From the sequence record PV467748.1: a stretch of 64,000 nt of DNA; one strand, written 5' to 3'. This DNA comes from a phage. Below, piece after piece: positions 43,675 to 54,032 of this stretch. A program made the translations under genes and the position numbers. The first letter of the stretch is position 1, and each line of letters opens with the position of its first letter. Under the pieces are notes generated by a model, which did no database searches, was not told the origin of the DNA, and saw nothing but the letters and a program-made list of their open reading frames with translations.

Positions 43675-44954
43675 TGTCTAAGATTGTAGACCTAATTAAA
43701 GAATCCACATTGACGGCTGCCAACTCGGTTGGCCGTCCTGCTCTTCTTTCATACACCCAAGCAACTAATAAACGAATCTTTAAAGCCTTAGTTGCTGAAC
43801 AAAAAACAAGTCAACCTGTTGCCGCTCTGTACGGGGTTCGTGTACTTAATCCTGATGACAAAATGACTTATCTTGGTGGCGCTACATTTGCAGGCCAGAT
43901 TGGTATGTCGGAACGTGAAAATATTCCTGAATTTACCGATTCGTCTACAGCTTATGCAGCCGGCGATATGTTCCAGTTTGAAAGTGTAGTGTTTAAAGTT
44001 CTGGAAGCATCTCCTTTCGCCGGAACCACAGAAACTGACCTCGGTGAAGTTATTTCTGAAGCAGTGGCTGCTGGGCATATTCGTATGGTATCAGATGCGG
44101 CTATTACTTCTAAATTCGAACAGGGCCATCCTGAAATTGCTGAAGCAGGCTTCCGTATTGATAAGTGGCAGACTGAAGTTAAATCACGTAAACTGAAAAC
44201 TTCATTGACCGTCGAATTAGCCCAAGATCTAGAATCAAACGGGTTTAATGCTCCTAATTTCGTTGAAAACCTGCTAGGCATTCAAATGGCAGAAGAAATT
44301 AATAAGGACGTATTACAGTCATTAATTACGGTGAGTTCTCGTTTTAAAGTCCAGGGTGTTTCCGAAAAGGGTGTATTGGACCTTACCAACCCACGTTACG
44401 ATAATGCTCAGGACCGTGCTCGTACATTGTATTATTACATGTGTGAGATGAACTCTGCCGTACAACGCCAGACTTCTTTCGCTGGGACTTATGCAGTAGC
44501 TAGTTCTCGTTGTGCCGCTATTCTTGCCGCATCTGGTTGGGTTGAGAAAAAGGAAGACCAAGACGAACTGGCTTACGGTATATTAAAAAATGGCCTGCCT
44601 CTTTATGCCGATATGAATAGTCCGTGTGATTATGTTATTGTTGGTGTAAATGCTCAGATGGGTGAAGGACAGACGGTCGCATCTTTATATTATGCGCCTT
44701 ATACGGAAGGTTTGAATGAGGTTGATGAGGAAGGGGATACTTCAGTAGGTGAATTTAAGGTTATTGTTGACCCGGAAAGCTTACAACCTACAGTAGCATT
44801 GCTTGCTCGTTATGCATTGACTGCAAACCCTTATACCGTCGCTAAGGACGATAAAGAAGCCCGCATTATTGATGGTTCTGATATGGACAAAATGGCTAAT
44901 CAAAGTCAATTGAGTTCTTATCTCGGTGTAAAATTACCACCTTTAGAAAAATAA
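43674..44954 (+). CDS. second gp24-like capsid vertex protein (diverged tandem paralog)
   Basis: 426 aa, alignable along its length to the preceding ORF (shared LAQD.ESNGF.AP.F.E.LL, ALSANPYTVAKDDKEAR.ID). Confidence 0.85.
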   Translation: MSKIVDLIKESTLTAANSVGRPALLSYTQATNKRIFKALVAEQKTSQPVAALYGVRVLNPDDKMTYLGGATFAGQIGMSERENIPEFTDSSTAYAAGDMFQFESVVFKVLEASPFAGTTETDLGEVISEAVAAGHIRMVSDAAITSKFEQGHPEIAEAGFRIDKWQTEVKSRKLKTSLTVELAQDLESNGFNAPNFVENLLGIQMAEEINKDVLQSLITVSSRFKVQGVSEKGVLDLTNPRYDNAQDRARTLYYYMCEMNSAVQRQTSFAGTYAVASSRCAAILAASGWVEKKEDQDELAYGILKNGLPLYADMNSPCDYVIVGVNAQMGEGQTVASLYYAPYTEGLNEVDEEGDTSVGEFKVIVDPESLQPTVALLARYALTANPYTVAKDDKEARIIDGSDMDKMANQSQLSSYLGVKLPPLEK

Positions 44955-44978
44955 AAGGGACCGTGAGGTCCCTTTTTC
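44953..44978. terminator. bidirectional terminator AAAAGGGACCGTGAGGTCCCTTTTT
   Basis: GC stem flanked by A-run and T-run between convergent genes. Confidence 0.7.
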
Positions 44979-44980
44979 AT

Positions 44981-45988
44981 TTATTTGGATACTAGGTCAA
45001 TCCATACTGCTCGTAGGGTATCTTTTACACACTCAACGAGCTGCTTTTTAACTTCAACAGGATTTTCAGCATCAGTTAATTCTAATTCTTCACGGGCAGC
45101 TTCTTCTAAGATATCTTGGACTGTCAAGCCCATTACCTTTCCAAAATCCTTCGGCGATACTTCACCAATCTTACTGATGACGTTGTTAATGCGGTTAACA
45201 GTCACATAATCAGTGAATTGCCACATCAAGTCCATATCGTCTTGGGATAAAACCACTGCAACTTTAATAGGCTTATCAGACTTTTTCTTCTCGCTGAATT
45301 TAGAGTTCTTACATTTAATCGCTACACGATTTCCGTTTGGAAGCCAGATAGGAACATCAGGTTTCAGTACAAAGCCTTCGGCGGTGAATACTTTACCTTC
45401 TACCTTAGGAATAAAATCTGTTGAGTTCGCAATAGTTAGGCCAGCATTATCCACTGCAAAATTATAATCAGGAACAACAGAATCAAAATCATTAGGAAGT
45501 TTAATAAGGTCTTCAAAGCTACCAGTGGCCAGACATGGCGCAACCTTAAACTTATGGATAATACAGAAGGCTTCCATCAATGTATCGGATAGAACAGATT
45601 CTGAGCCATCTTCCTTAGTAACTCGGATATCGAACACATAAAAGTCTTTATCACCGTAATCCACATTCTTCTGGATACCCGGCCCAGCGAATTCGCCGTA
45701 AATTTGATATGACTGATAATTAATCGATTCAATTAGATGTTGAACGGATTTAATAGAATCAGCATAATTCTTTAAAACAATTTCATAACCAAAGAAATCT
45801 TCAGCAGGGAGGATAGGGCCAGTGCGCTTGGCGCATGTGACTGCGTCACGTTCTATGATTAAACTAAAGTTGGTCCCATGAATCTTCTCACGTGCCACCC
45901 ATTCACCACCAGTCAAACCGTTAGTACGGAGTTTTTCGATAAACTTACTGTTGTAGTGGTTTTCGAGACTGCTATATTTCTTGAACAT
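44981..45988 (-). CDS. rnlB: RNA ligase 2 (Rnl2)
   Basis: N-terminus [20 protein letters not shown]...[22 protein letters not shown] matches T4 Rnl2 as recalled, including the KxHGxN nucleotidyltransferase motif. Confidence 0.93.
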   Translation of the reverse strand: MFKKYSSLENHYNSKFIEKLRTNGLTGGEWVAREKIHGTNFSLIIERDAVTCAKRTGPILPAEDFFGYEIVLKNYADSIKSVQHLIESINYQSYQIYGEFAGPGIQKNVDYGDKDFYVFDIRVTKEDGSESVLSDTLMEAFCIIHKFKVAPCLATGSFEDLIKLPNDFDSVVPDYNFAVDNAGLTIANSTDFIPKVEGKVFTAEGFVLKPDVPIWLPNGNRVAIKCKNSKFSEKKKSDKPIKVAVVLSQDDMDLMWQFTDYVTVNRINNVISKIGEVSPKDFGKVMGLTVQDILEEAAREELELTDAENPVEVKKQLVECVKDTLRAVWIDLVSK

Positions 45989-46102
45989 AAATCACCATAA
46001 TAAATATAATTAAATAGAAGAGCTAGTAGTCTTCTGTCACCAAGCCAAATGGTTTAACGGAAGGACCTAGACCCATTATATCACACCTAAATTTAAAGCA
46101 TA

Positions 46103-46312
46103 TTACTTTGAACCAGAACGCGCTTTGCGCCGAACCTTGTTGTTCAATCTTTTACGATAAACAACCTTTTCTTTCGCTTTAAATTTGGCCTTGGCTTGTT
46201 CTACATCAACCCATGCTTTGGCCATGTCCTTAGCGGTCCCGCCCATTTTTTTAGCAATTTCTATAAAATTCAACCCAGATTCGTGTAAAAAATGTACTTT
46301 AACCTTGTCCAT
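46103..46312 (-). CDS. small basic hypothetical protein
   Basis: ORF track; ATG start; Lys/Arg-rich C-terminus. Confidence 0.5.
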   Translation of the reverse strand: MDKVKVHFLHESGLNFIEIAKKMGGTAKDMAKAWVDVEQAKAKFKAKEKVVYRKRLNNKVRRKARSGSK

Positions 46313-46392
46313 AACAATTCTCTCGTTGAGCCGGTAAAACTCATCTTAACATAGAATTTTTAACTTGTAAACAGGAATTTTGTACTTTAATG

Positions 46393-46412
46393 CAAAATGG
46401 GCCTTGCGGCCC
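46393..46412 (-). terminator. terminator GGGCCGCAAGGCCC + ATTTTG (minus strand) after hoc
   Basis: GC hairpin directly downstream of the hoc stop. Confidence 0.55.
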
Positions 46413-46416
46413 ATAA

Positions 46417-47265
46417 TTAATAAACGTAATCGTATATAATACCAGCTTCTAAAGTGGTGCGATGAATAATTCGACCATTACGAGATTCTTGTACATCAAC
46501 CTCTGGATAGTCGGTAATCATTTTTTGAAGTGTATACCGGTGCAAATAATACGGGCTATCCGGGTCATCTGTTTTCCAGTCTTTGCCTTCAAGAGTCATT
46601 TTCTGGATTTCATCCATAACCCACCAACCGCACCAAATATAAGCTGAATTACGTACTGGCAATGGATGAACGTAAGGTAATTCGCCATCCGGAACCGGTG
46701 CGACTTTAGCCGTGACCGTTACATTACCGGTTTTTGTGACAGTCGCCTGGTTATAATCAGCCGCCGAAACCACAACAGAAACTTCAATAACCTGTGAACC
46801 TTCGGTGCTTGTGTCGATTGTTAGAGTATCCGTGGTGCCAACTACAGGAGAACCGTCTTTCTTCCAAGAATAGGCAAAAGTAGCGCCAGCAGGCGCGCCG
46901 ACTACATCCGCTTTAAAAGAAGCTGGAGTGCCTTCCGGAACATTAATTGATTCTGGGGTTAATGTCACAGAAACACCAGACATAGTTTTATTCTGGATAG
47001 TTAAAGTCGTCTCAGCTTCAGCAGTTTCCGGTTCGCCGTCCGCTGGTGTAGTTGTTGCAACAACTTTAATAGTCTTGCTGCCTGCTGGACCAACAGCAAC
47101 ATAATCCATTGCAGCAGTCACAGAAGATTGAGGAACGCCATCAACGGTCCAGACAAATGATTCAGTACCTTCAGCTGCAGCACCGGAACCGGTCGCAGTG
47201 AAATTGGTTGTTGCTCCAATAACGGCCGTAGCCGCCAAAGGAGAAATATCTACGGTATAAGCCAT
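46417..47265 (-). CDS. hoc: highly immunogenic outer capsid protein Hoc (shortened)
   Basis: N-terminal Ig-like repeats and C-terminal capsid-binding region (GELPYVHPLP...IWCGWWVMDEIQKMT...YYLHRYTLQKM) match T4 Hoc as recalled; 282 vs 376 aa. Confidence 0.85.
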   Translation of the reverse strand: MAYTVDISPLAATAVIGATTNFTATGSGAAAEGTESFVWTVDGVPQSSVTAAMDYVAVGPAGSKTIKVVATTTPADGEPETAEAETTLTIQNKTMSGVSVTLTPESINVPEGTPASFKADVVGAPAGATFAYSWKKDGSPVVGTTDTLTIDTSTEGSQVIEVSVVVSAADYNQATVTKTGNVTVTAKVAPVPDGELPYVHPLPVRNSAYIWCGWWVMDEIQKMTLEGKDWKTDDPDSPYYLHRYTLQKMITDYPEVDVQESRNGRIIHRTTLEAGIIYDYVY

Positions 47266-47274
47266 AATAAACCC

Positions 47275-47946
47275 TTATTTTAAAGTGACAAAAGATGAGT
47301 TACGAGTTTCTCGTACTAGAACAGACCCATTACGATTGATGTAATAAATCAAGCTGAATAGTGTTTGGTGTGCGGTAGGATGTTGGAAAGCAGTTGGACG
47401 TTCTTTCCAATCCGGAGTCTCAGAAATCCATTGGTAAATCCACCAAGGAACAGTGCAATAACCTGGGTTCTTACCGATAAGCAAAAGATTAGGACTGAAG
47501 TTTTCAGGTAAAGAGAATACAGGTTTTTCAGATTCAACAACCTTGGCTACAGCCTTTTTGAATTTCTCTTCGTCAAATGGAACATCCTCTTCGATAATCT
47601 CTACCTTAGGAAGTTCGGCTACCTCTATTACTTCAACAACTGCCTCAGGAGCATCGAACAACAGGGTTGCTTCTTCTTTAGCTGGTTCTACACCTTCGAT
47701 AAAATCATTATCACCAGTGAGTTCGTCAGCAGCATCAATCAAATCAGAAATAGACAACCCGTCTGTTTCCGGAAGTGGTTCGTCAGCCAAGGCTTTAAGG
47801 CCTTCAGAGATATCGATAATCAAATTATCAAACGAACGGGTTTTCTTAAGTTTTAAACCGAACTGTTCGCCGTATTCGATTAACTTAGCTTTAGCTTCTT
47901 TTTTGTCTTTGAGTGCACGAAGCTCTTCAATATATTGAGTATCCAT
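47275..47946 (-). CDS. inh: Inh-like protein (inhibitor of prohead protease), by synteny
   Basis: Size 223 aa (T4 225) and position between hoc and uvsW; identity not verified. Confidence 0.55.
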   Translation of the reverse strand: MDTQYIEELRALKDKKEAKAKLIEYGEQFGLKLKKTRSFDNLIIDISEGLKALADEPLPETDGLSISDLIDAADELTGDNDFIEGVEPAKEEATLLFDAPEAVVEVIEVAELPKVEIIEEDVPFDEEKFKKAVAKVVESEKPVFSLPENFSPNLLLIGKNPGYCTVPWWIYQWISETPDWKERPTAFQHPTAHQTLFSLIYYINRNGSVLVRETRNSSFVTLK

Positions 47947-47965
47947 AATTAGTCTCTTGTTGGTG

Positions 47966-47987
47966 TATAAATATAACTATATTTATA
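47966..47987. promoter_or_regulatory. divergent late promoters: TATAAATA (+) for uvsW and TATAAATA (-) for inh
   Basis: Forward TATAAATA near 47966 and forward TATTTATA near 47980. Confidence 0.5.
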
Positions 47988-48001
47988 ACTGAGAATTACT
48001 T

Positions 48002-49498
48002 ATGCAAATTCAAGTACATTTTGATAATTTTAGTCATGTCCGTATCGAGTGTGATGAATCCACATTCTACGAACTCAGAGACTATTTTAGCTTTGAAGCT
48101 GATGGGTATAAATTCAACCCTAAATTTCGTTATGGGCAATGGGATGGACGTATTCGTCTTCTGGATTATAACCGTAAACTTCCTTATGGATTGGTTCCGC
48201 AAATTAAAAAGTTCGCCGAACAATTTGAATATTCTCTGTGGATTGACCCACGTATTCTTGAACAGGAAGATATTTCTCGTGAAGATTTTGACTCATGGGT
48301 AGCTTCTCAAGAAATTTATTCAGGGTCTACCAAGATTGAGCCTCATTGGTATCAGAATGAAGCTGTATACAACGGCCTGACAAAACGTCGCGCAATTCTG
48401 AATTTACCTACATCCGCAGGTAAATCATTGATTCAGGCGCTCCTGAGTCGATATTACGTTGAGAACTATGAAGGTAAAATTCTTATATTAGTTCCTACTA
48501 CTGCACTTGTCGACCAGATGATTAATGACTTCATCGATTATAGATTGTTCCCTAAAGCAGAAATGCTTGGTATTCGTTCAGGTACTGCTCGTGATTCTGA
48601 TGCAATGATTTACGTTTCAACTTATCAAACTGCTATCAAGCAACCTAAAGAATGGTTTGCTCAGTTTGGTATGTTTATGAACGATGAATGCCACTTGGCT
48701 ACAGGTAAATCTATTTCTACTATCATCGAAGGCCTAACCAACTGTATGTTTAAATTCGGTTTGTCTGGTTCTTTAAAAGATGGTAAAGCTAATTTAATGC
48801 AATATATGGGTTTGTTTGGTGATGTGTTTAAGCCAGTATCCACCTCCCAGTTAATGGAAGAAGGACAGGTTACCGACCTTAAAATCAACAGTATTTTCCT
48901 TCGATACCCAGACGAATTCACTGTTAAGATGAAAGGTAAAGATTACCAATCAGAAATCAAGGTCATTACTAAGGCTACTCGTCGTAATAAATGGGTTGCT
49001 AATTTAGCTGTTAAACTCGCTAAGAAAGAAGAGAACGTATTCCTGATGTTTAAAAACATCGAACACGGTAAAACTCTTTTTGAAATGGTTAAAGAGCAAC
49101 ATAAAGAAGTTTATTACGTATCAGGTGAAGTTAATACCGAAACGCGTAATGCTCTGAAAGTAATGGCGGAAAATGGTAAGGGTATTATTGTTGTTGCAAG
49201 TTATGGTGTGTTCTCTACTGGTATTTCCGTTAAGAACCTTCATCACGTTGTATTTGCCCACCCAGTAAAATCCAAAATCATTGTACTCCAGACAATTGGT
49301 CGTGTACTCCGTAAACATGCCTCTAAATCAACAGCACAGGTATGGGATATCATCGACGACATGGGTGTTAAGCCTAAATCAGCTACGGCTAAAAAGAAAT
49401 ATGTTCATTTGAACTACGCCCTCAAACACGCTTTAGAACGTATTCAACGTTATGCTGATGAGAAATTTAATTACGTAATGAAACAGGTGGATTTATGA
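48002..49498 (+). CDS. uvsW: UvsW DNA/RNA helicase
   Basis: Long near-identical stretches to T4 UvsW as recalled (HFDNFSHVRIECDESTF.ELRD.FSFEADGY.FNP.FRYG.WDGRIRLLDYNR...). Confidence 0.95.
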   Translation: MQIQVHFDNFSHVRIECDESTFYELRDYFSFEADGYKFNPKFRYGQWDGRIRLLDYNRKLPYGLVPQIKKFAEQFEYSLWIDPRILEQEDISREDFDSWVASQEIYSGSTKIEPHWYQNEAVYNGLTKRRAILNLPTSAGKSLIQALLSRYYVENYEGKILILVPTTALVDQMINDFIDYRLFPKAEMLGIRSGTARDSDAMIYVSTYQTAIKQPKEWFAQFGMFMNDECHLATGKSISTIIEGLTNCMFKFGLSGSLKDGKANLMQYMGLFGDVFKPVSTSQLMEEGQVTDLKINSIFLRYPDEFTVKMKGKDYQSEIKVITKATRRNKWVANLAVKLAKKEENVFLMFKNIEHGKTLFEMVKEQHKEVYYVSGEVNTETRNALKVMAENGKGIIVVASYGVFSTGISVKNLHHVVFAHPVKSKIIVLQTIGRVLRKHASKSTAQVWDIIDDMGVKPKSATAKKKYVHLNYALKHALERIQRYADEKFNYVMKQVDL

Positions 49499-49722
49499 AA
49501 ACCTTTAAAGAAGTTATTCAAGAAGCATCTATTGAAAGCTTCATGGCTAAAATTGGTTCTTGTCAGACTATGGATGGTCTGAAGGAATTAGAAAAGTATT
49601 ACAAAACTCGTAGTAAGGAAGCTGAACTTCGTGATTCGGACGATATTAGCGTGCGTGATGCATTGGCTGGTAAGAGAGCTGAATTGGAGTCGATGGACGA
49701 CGAGGAAGAGGAAGATTTCTAA
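49495..49722 (+). CDS. uvsW.1: UvsW.1-like small acidic protein
   Basis: 75 aa, overlaps the uvsW stop, as in T4. Confidence 0.7.
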   Translation: MKTFKEVIQEASIESFMAKIGSCQTMDGLKELEKYYKTRSKEAELRDSDDISVRDALAGKRAELESMDDEEEEDF

Positions 49723-49724
49723 AC

Positions 49725-49752
49725 AAAAAAGGCCCAACCTTTCGGAAGGGCC
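49725..49752 (-). terminator. rho-independent terminator (GGCCC..GGGCC hairpin + T-run on minus strand)
   Basis: Forward AAAAAAGGCCCAACCTTTCGGAAGGGCC; same hairpin as near 4036. Confidence 0.6.
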
Positions 49753-49781
49753 AATAACCATAAATGGCTATACACACTAGA

Positions 49782-49949
49782 CTAAAGTAGTAATTGGGTT
49801 TCGTTCAGCTGTTCTTCAGTGTTTTCCGTAACAGGCATGCTTTGAACGTAATTATAACATGAGCCCGGATGAACCGGACCTTTTTCTGTTTCAACAACCA
49901 ATGCAGCATCGATTGGAGTTTTACAGACAACGCAAATCTTATCTGACAT
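49782..49949 (-). CDS. small Cys-containing protein (CxxC...C), 55 aa
   Basis: Not in ORF track (under 60 aa); hand translation MSDKICVVCKTPIDAALVVETEKGPVHPGSCYNYVQ...; ATG start, terminator downstream. Confidence 0.45.
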   Translation of the reverse strand: MSDKICVVCKTPIDAALVVETEKGPVHPGSCYNYVQSMPVTENTEEQLNETQLLL

Positions 49950-49977
49950 GATTGTCTCCTTAGTTTAACTTACATAT

Positions 49978-50076
49978 CTATTTATTACTTGATAAAGCAG
50001 TATTAATGAATTCTTGAAGAAGTTTCATTTTATCGGCATCTACTTTAATGGGTTTGGTATTTTTAGTACGTCTCAT
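49978..50076 (-). CDS. possible 32-aa basic peptide coupled to uvsY stop
   Basis: ATG directly abuts the uvsY stop (TAAATG); hand translation MRRTKNTKPIKVDADKMKLLQEFINTALSSNK. Confidence 0.3.
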   Translation of the reverse strand: MRRTKNTKPIKVDADKMKLLQEFINTALSSNK

Positions 50077-50511
50077 TTATTTACCTGCCTCAAATTGTCT
50101 CATCTCATGCATGGTCTTAAGGTTAAAACCACGCGCCTTAATAGCATCAAGTGCTGAACTACAAAAGTCCTGTAATAAAGCCCAATACTGAATTGATGTG
50201 TCGATTTTAATTACACTAGAATCCGCAGCCATAACGGTCTTTAATTCAGACTTCTCATACTGGTCCATACAAACCTCATCACCAGGCTCTCCACGTCCCG
50301 TGTAGAAATCTAATCGCTTCTTAAGTGAGGTCTTTTTCTGGATTTCTAATCTCATTATTTCTTTCTTACAATTCGTATACAGCCTTAGCCATTTGCTGTG
50401 CAGCAAAACGTTGTTCTGTACTTCATATTGTAAACGAGTTCCATCAATCTTTAAATCCTCGTCTAATGCGTCCTGAAATGATTCTAATTTATATTCAATC
50501 TCTTTACTCAT
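50077..50511 (-). CDS. uvsY: UvsY recombination mediator
   Basis: ORF track 50077..50544 trimmed to ATG (MSKEIEYKLESF...); matches T4 UvsY as recalled (YEKSE.KTV..AD..V.K.DTS.QYW..L.DFCS.ALDAIK.RGF). Confidence 0.9.
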   Translation of the reverse strand: MSKEIEYKLESFQDALDEDLKIDGTRLQYEVQNNVLLHSKWLRLYTNCKKEIMRLEIQKKTSLKKRLDFYTGRGEPGDEVCMDQYEKSELKTVMAADSSVIKIDTSIQYWALLQDFCSSALDAIKARGFNLKTMHEMRQFEAGK

Positions 50512-50569
50512 CGCATGTTTCCTGTGTAATAACCATAGGACCATTATACACTATTCATTTGAACAGCAA

Positions 50570-50959
50570 TTAACCACTCTGTGAGAGCTGGATTCTAATT
50601 TGCTCTAATGTATCCGGGTCATCAACTATACTAAACTGAACCGTCACTATAATCGAGTTATCATCATACACAGGTGTCACACCTACAGCCAGGGTAGAAA
50701 TTCTGGGTTCGAAGTTCCGCACAGCGGAAACTATATTACGCTTAATGGTATCCGTGATTAGTGGAGTAATATTCTCAAACAATTGGTTACTGATGTCACA
50801 ACCAAATTCAGGCATAAAAGGGCGTGAACCTTTGCGAGTAGTAATAATGCCTAACAAACTATTTTTTACTGCACGAGCGCCTGTGGCTTTAGCGACGTCT
50901 CTATTCCAAGACGTCCTCATTTCAGGGTCTAAATCTGAATACATTTTATTGATATTCAT
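50570..50959 (-). CDS. 25: baseplate wedge protein gp25 (lysozyme-like fold)
   Basis: 129 aa (T4 132); synteny. Confidence 0.85.
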   Translation of the reverse strand: MNINKMYSDLDPEMRTSWNRDVAKATGARAVKNSLLGIITTRKGSRPFMPEFGCDISNQLFENITPLITDTIKRNIVSAVRNFEPRISTLAVGVTPVYDDNSIIVTVQFSIVDDPDTLEQIRIQLSQSG

Positions 50960-51582
50960 TACATCACCTTAAAGAACTCTTTAAGTCCCTCAATAACGTG
51001 GACGGTATGTTCACCACATTCACAAGAAATAGGTATAGCCAAAATAGGCTTAGGGGCGACTAGTGCATCATAAACTTCTTTTATGTCTTTTTCTGTTATC
51101 GCAGAATAAAGGTCATCAAGTTCCGCATCACTTAAATCGGAAAGAAAAAGCTTTTCGCCTGCAGAAGTTAAAATATAATCGATACACCCTGCGACCATCA
51201 TAGCCCTATTTTTATCTTCAAAGAGTTTAGGATATCTGAAAACAATTTTAAAGTTGCCAAAGTCTTTAATAACATCCGGCTCTTTACCTAATGTTGCGCG
51301 AGTTAGTGTCATAGGGACAACCTGTGAGCGACCGCAACTACAAACCCACTCACGTTCTATATTCACTTCAGCTAATGAATGGGCCCACAGGTTTATCACC
51401 AGGAGCTCAGATTCTTGCTTGTTTAAATCACGAGCATCTGTGCAATTCGAAATGAGTTCATTGATAAAGGACTCTATTCTGCCTTCTAATTTAGCTTGGA
51501 GCAAGTCCTTATACTCTCTGAGGGTAAATGCTCTGCATTTTATGGTTTTGTTTTTAATTTTTACGTCAAAAGTATAATTCAT
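50959..51582 (-). CDS. 26: baseplate hub protein gp26, by synteny
   Basis: 207 aa (T4 208), position between 25 and 51. Confidence 0.7.
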   Translation of the reverse strand: MNYTFDVKIKNKTIKCRAFTLREYKDLLQAKLEGRIESFINELISNCTDARDLNKQESELLVINLWAHSLAEVNIEREWVCSCGRSQVVPMTLTRATLGKEPDVIKDFGNFKIVFRYPKLFEDKNRAMMVAGCIDYILTSAGEKLFLSDLSDAELDDLYSAITEKDIKEVYDALVAPKPILAIPISCECGEHTVHVIEGLKEFFKVM

Positions 51583-51600
51583 TGTCTTCTCCTTTAAGCT

Positions 51601-51612
51601 TATTTATAAATA
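51601..51612. promoter_or_regulatory. overlapping divergent late promoters (TATTTATAAATA) for gene 26 (-) and gene 51 (+)
   Basis: Forward TATTTATAAATA contains TATAAATA on both strands. Confidence 0.55.
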
Positions 51613-51632
51613 CATCAATAAGAGGACACCCT

Positions 51633-52385
51633 ATGGCTAATATAGTACGTTGTGAAATGCCTGATGGAGTCCACCGATTTAAACCTTTTACAGTAGCTGA
51701 TTATCGTGATTTTATTTTGATTCGAAATGACATGAATAATAAATCACCTGAAGAGCAAAAACAAATTTTAGATGAGTTACTGGAAGAATACTTCGGTGAA
51801 TATCCTATGTCATGGCGCCCGTATATGTTCATTGAACTTTACACATCATCACTCGGCAAGACCAAAATTCCTATCCGATACACTTGTAGTAAGTGTGAAA
51901 AGGATAGACAAGTTTTATTCAATTTGAAACAGACCAAGTTAGATAATCCCACAATTGAAGTGGCCGGCTTGAAGCTAGCATTCAAATTTCCGGAAATAGA
52001 ATATCAAGACAAATCCGAATTGATTCTGAACACCCTCCAAACCGTGGAAGATGAAAACGGGAAATATAATTGGACTGACCTTTCTGAAGAAGACCAATTA
52101 GCCGTAATAGATGCTATAGACTTATCCACTTTAGAGGATATAGTCAAACAAACTAGCCCTATTAATTTTGAACTAAAATATGGATGCTGTAATCGTAGAA
52201 CAATTACGTATACCGATATTTTAGAGGTGTTTAAGCTTATAGTCAATCCGGATGAGATATTTTTATTTTACCAAATAAACCATTTATTGGTAAAGAACAA
52301 TTATTCATTAGAAAGCATTATGCAGATGATTCCAATCGAACGCGGTATTGCTTTGTCTTTGGTTGAAAAGGACCTTAAGAAATGA
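51633..52385 (+). CDS. 51: baseplate hub assembly catalyst gp51, by synteny
   Basis: ORF track 51582 trimmed to ATG after AGAGGA RBS; 250 aa (T4 249). Confidence 0.7.
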   Translation: MANIVRCEMPDGVHRFKPFTVADYRDFILIRNDMNNKSPEEQKQILDELLEEYFGEYPMSWRPYMFIELYTSSLGKTKIPIRYTCSKCEKDRQVLFNLKQTKLDNPTIEVAGLKLAFKFPEIEYQDKSELILNTLQTVEDENGKYNWTDLSEEDQLAVIDAIDLSTLEDIVKQTSPINFELKYGCCNRRTITYTDILEVFKLIVNPDEIFLFYQINHLLVKNNYSLESIMQMIPIERGIALSLVEKDLKK

Positions 52386-53551
52386 GTTCAAAAACTATGC
52401 AACGTGAAGGCTTTCCTAATATTAGTATACGCCTTTACGAAGATTATGACGCCTGGTTAGAGCATCGTTTTGTTGAACTAGGCGCGACATTTACTACTCT
52501 AACAATGCGAGATGGACTTTACGGTAGTAATGAAGGATTGCTCCAGTTTTATGATGCAAAGAACCTTCATACTAAAATGGACGGTGAGCAGATTATTCAA
52601 ATTTCTGTTAAGAATGCTAACTCTGAGCGTACCCAATCAAGAATTTATGGAAGTAAGCACTTTGCTGTAGGAGTGGATTCTAAGGGCGACAATATCATAA
52701 CAATACAACTCGCCCCAATCCACTTTTTAGAAAATCTTAAATTCGGACGTATGTTCTTCCCTAGTGTTCAAGAAACATTAACTGAAATGATTGGTGTTAT
52801 TTATCAAGACCGTCCACTTCTTGCACCTCCATTGAACGGGATAAACGTTTACGTTCCTAATGTTCCTTGGTGCGATTCAATGGACCGTTATATGGAATTT
52901 GTACGAGAAGTAGGTATGGCTGTTGAATCTGATAAATTTGTATTTGTCTGGGAAGATATAGATGGTATTTCTATTATGGACTACGAATTTATGGTTAATC
53001 AAGAGCCAATTAATTTTGTGGTAGGTGAGCCGCGTTTAATAGGCCAATACGTTCAAGATATGGATACTCCTATCGCATTTGATTTTGAATGGTTAACTAA
53101 AGCCAACCAGCATTCCAGAAAGCCATATGAAAACGCTACTATATACGCCCACTCTTTCTTAGACAAAAACGCCACACGAATTACTTTTGGCGATGGGCAA
53201 AACAGTATATTGGTTTCTCGCTCTGGCGGATATTCCGATTATACCTATCGAAATGGATATGAAGAAGCTGATAGATTAGTTACAATGGCCCAATACGACG
53301 GCTACGCGCATTGTAAGGTATACGGTAACTTTGAACTAACTCCAGGCGATAAGATTAATTTCTATGACCCTAAAAACCAATTCCAATACGATTTTTATGT
53401 AGACGAAGTTATTCATGAAGTGAGTAACAATACATCAATTACAAACCTTTATATGTTTACTAATGGTAAGCCTATTAAGATTGAAGAACCACCGAAGGTT
53501 AAAAATGAACTTAAAACTGATACTCCCTATCAAGAAAATAACGCTGGGTGA
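52382..53551 (+). CDS. 27: baseplate hub protein gp27
   Basis: 389 aa (T4 391); synteny upstream of 28-29. Confidence 0.8.
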   Translation: MSSKTMQREGFPNISIRLYEDYDAWLEHRFVELGATFTTLTMRDGLYGSNEGLLQFYDAKNLHTKMDGEQIIQISVKNANSERTQSRIYGSKHFAVGVDSKGDNIITIQLAPIHFLENLKFGRMFFPSVQETLTEMIGVIYQDRPLLAPPLNGINVYVPNVPWCDSMDRYMEFVREVGMAVESDKFVFVWEDIDGISIMDYEFMVNQEPINFVVGEPRLIGQYVQDMDTPIAFDFEWLTKANQHSRKPYENATIYAHSFLDKNATRITFGDGQNSILVSRSGGYSDYTYRNGYEEADRLVTMAQYDGYAHCKVYGNFELTPGDKINFYDPKNQFQYDFYVDEVIHEVSNNTSITNLYMFTNGKPIKIEEPPKVKNELKTDTPYQENNAG

Positions 53552-54032
53552 TAAAGAGATTTCTATTCCTAAATTGGGTCTTAAACACCAGAAATTGGTT
53601 AAAGATGAAAAAGACCCTTACAAGGCTCTTCACATATTAATGAATTCCATTTATAAAGATTTATCCGCGGCAGAGACTGATTTTGCCGCTCTTCACCTTT
53701 TAGAATTCAATGGAAGATTAAAAAGTAAAGTAACCAAAGACGGGTTTACTTATAACTTAAATGACCTTTATATTTGCCAACGACTTGAATTCCAATTCCA
53801 AGGTAAAACATTTAAATTTAAATCACATGAACCATTTCAAACATTTGGGCCTGTTGATAGTGTATTACAGTCCCTTTACCTTGGTGATGATGTACCAGAT
53901 TTTCTGGATATGCCTGCCTTTGTTGCTACATGGGCCGACGATATAACTTCTACTATAGCTATCCCTGGTCCTAATGGTCCTATCAAAGGATTGCTTAAAA
54001 TCATGGATATCTTAAATGAAGAACGAATCTAA
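53505..54032 (+). CDS. 28: baseplate hub distal subunit gp28, by synteny
   Basis: ORF track 53463 trimmed to internal ATG with GAAGG RBS giving 175 aa (T4 177); start uncertain. Confidence 0.6.
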   Translation: MNLKLILPIKKITLGDKEISIPKLGLKHQKLVKDEKDPYKALHILMNSIYKDLSAAETDFAALHLLEFNGRLKSKVTKDGFTYNLNDLYICQRLEFQFQGKTFKFKSHEPFQTFGPVDSVLQSLYLGDDVPDFLDMPAFVATWADDITSTIAIPGPNGPIKGLLKIMDILNEERI

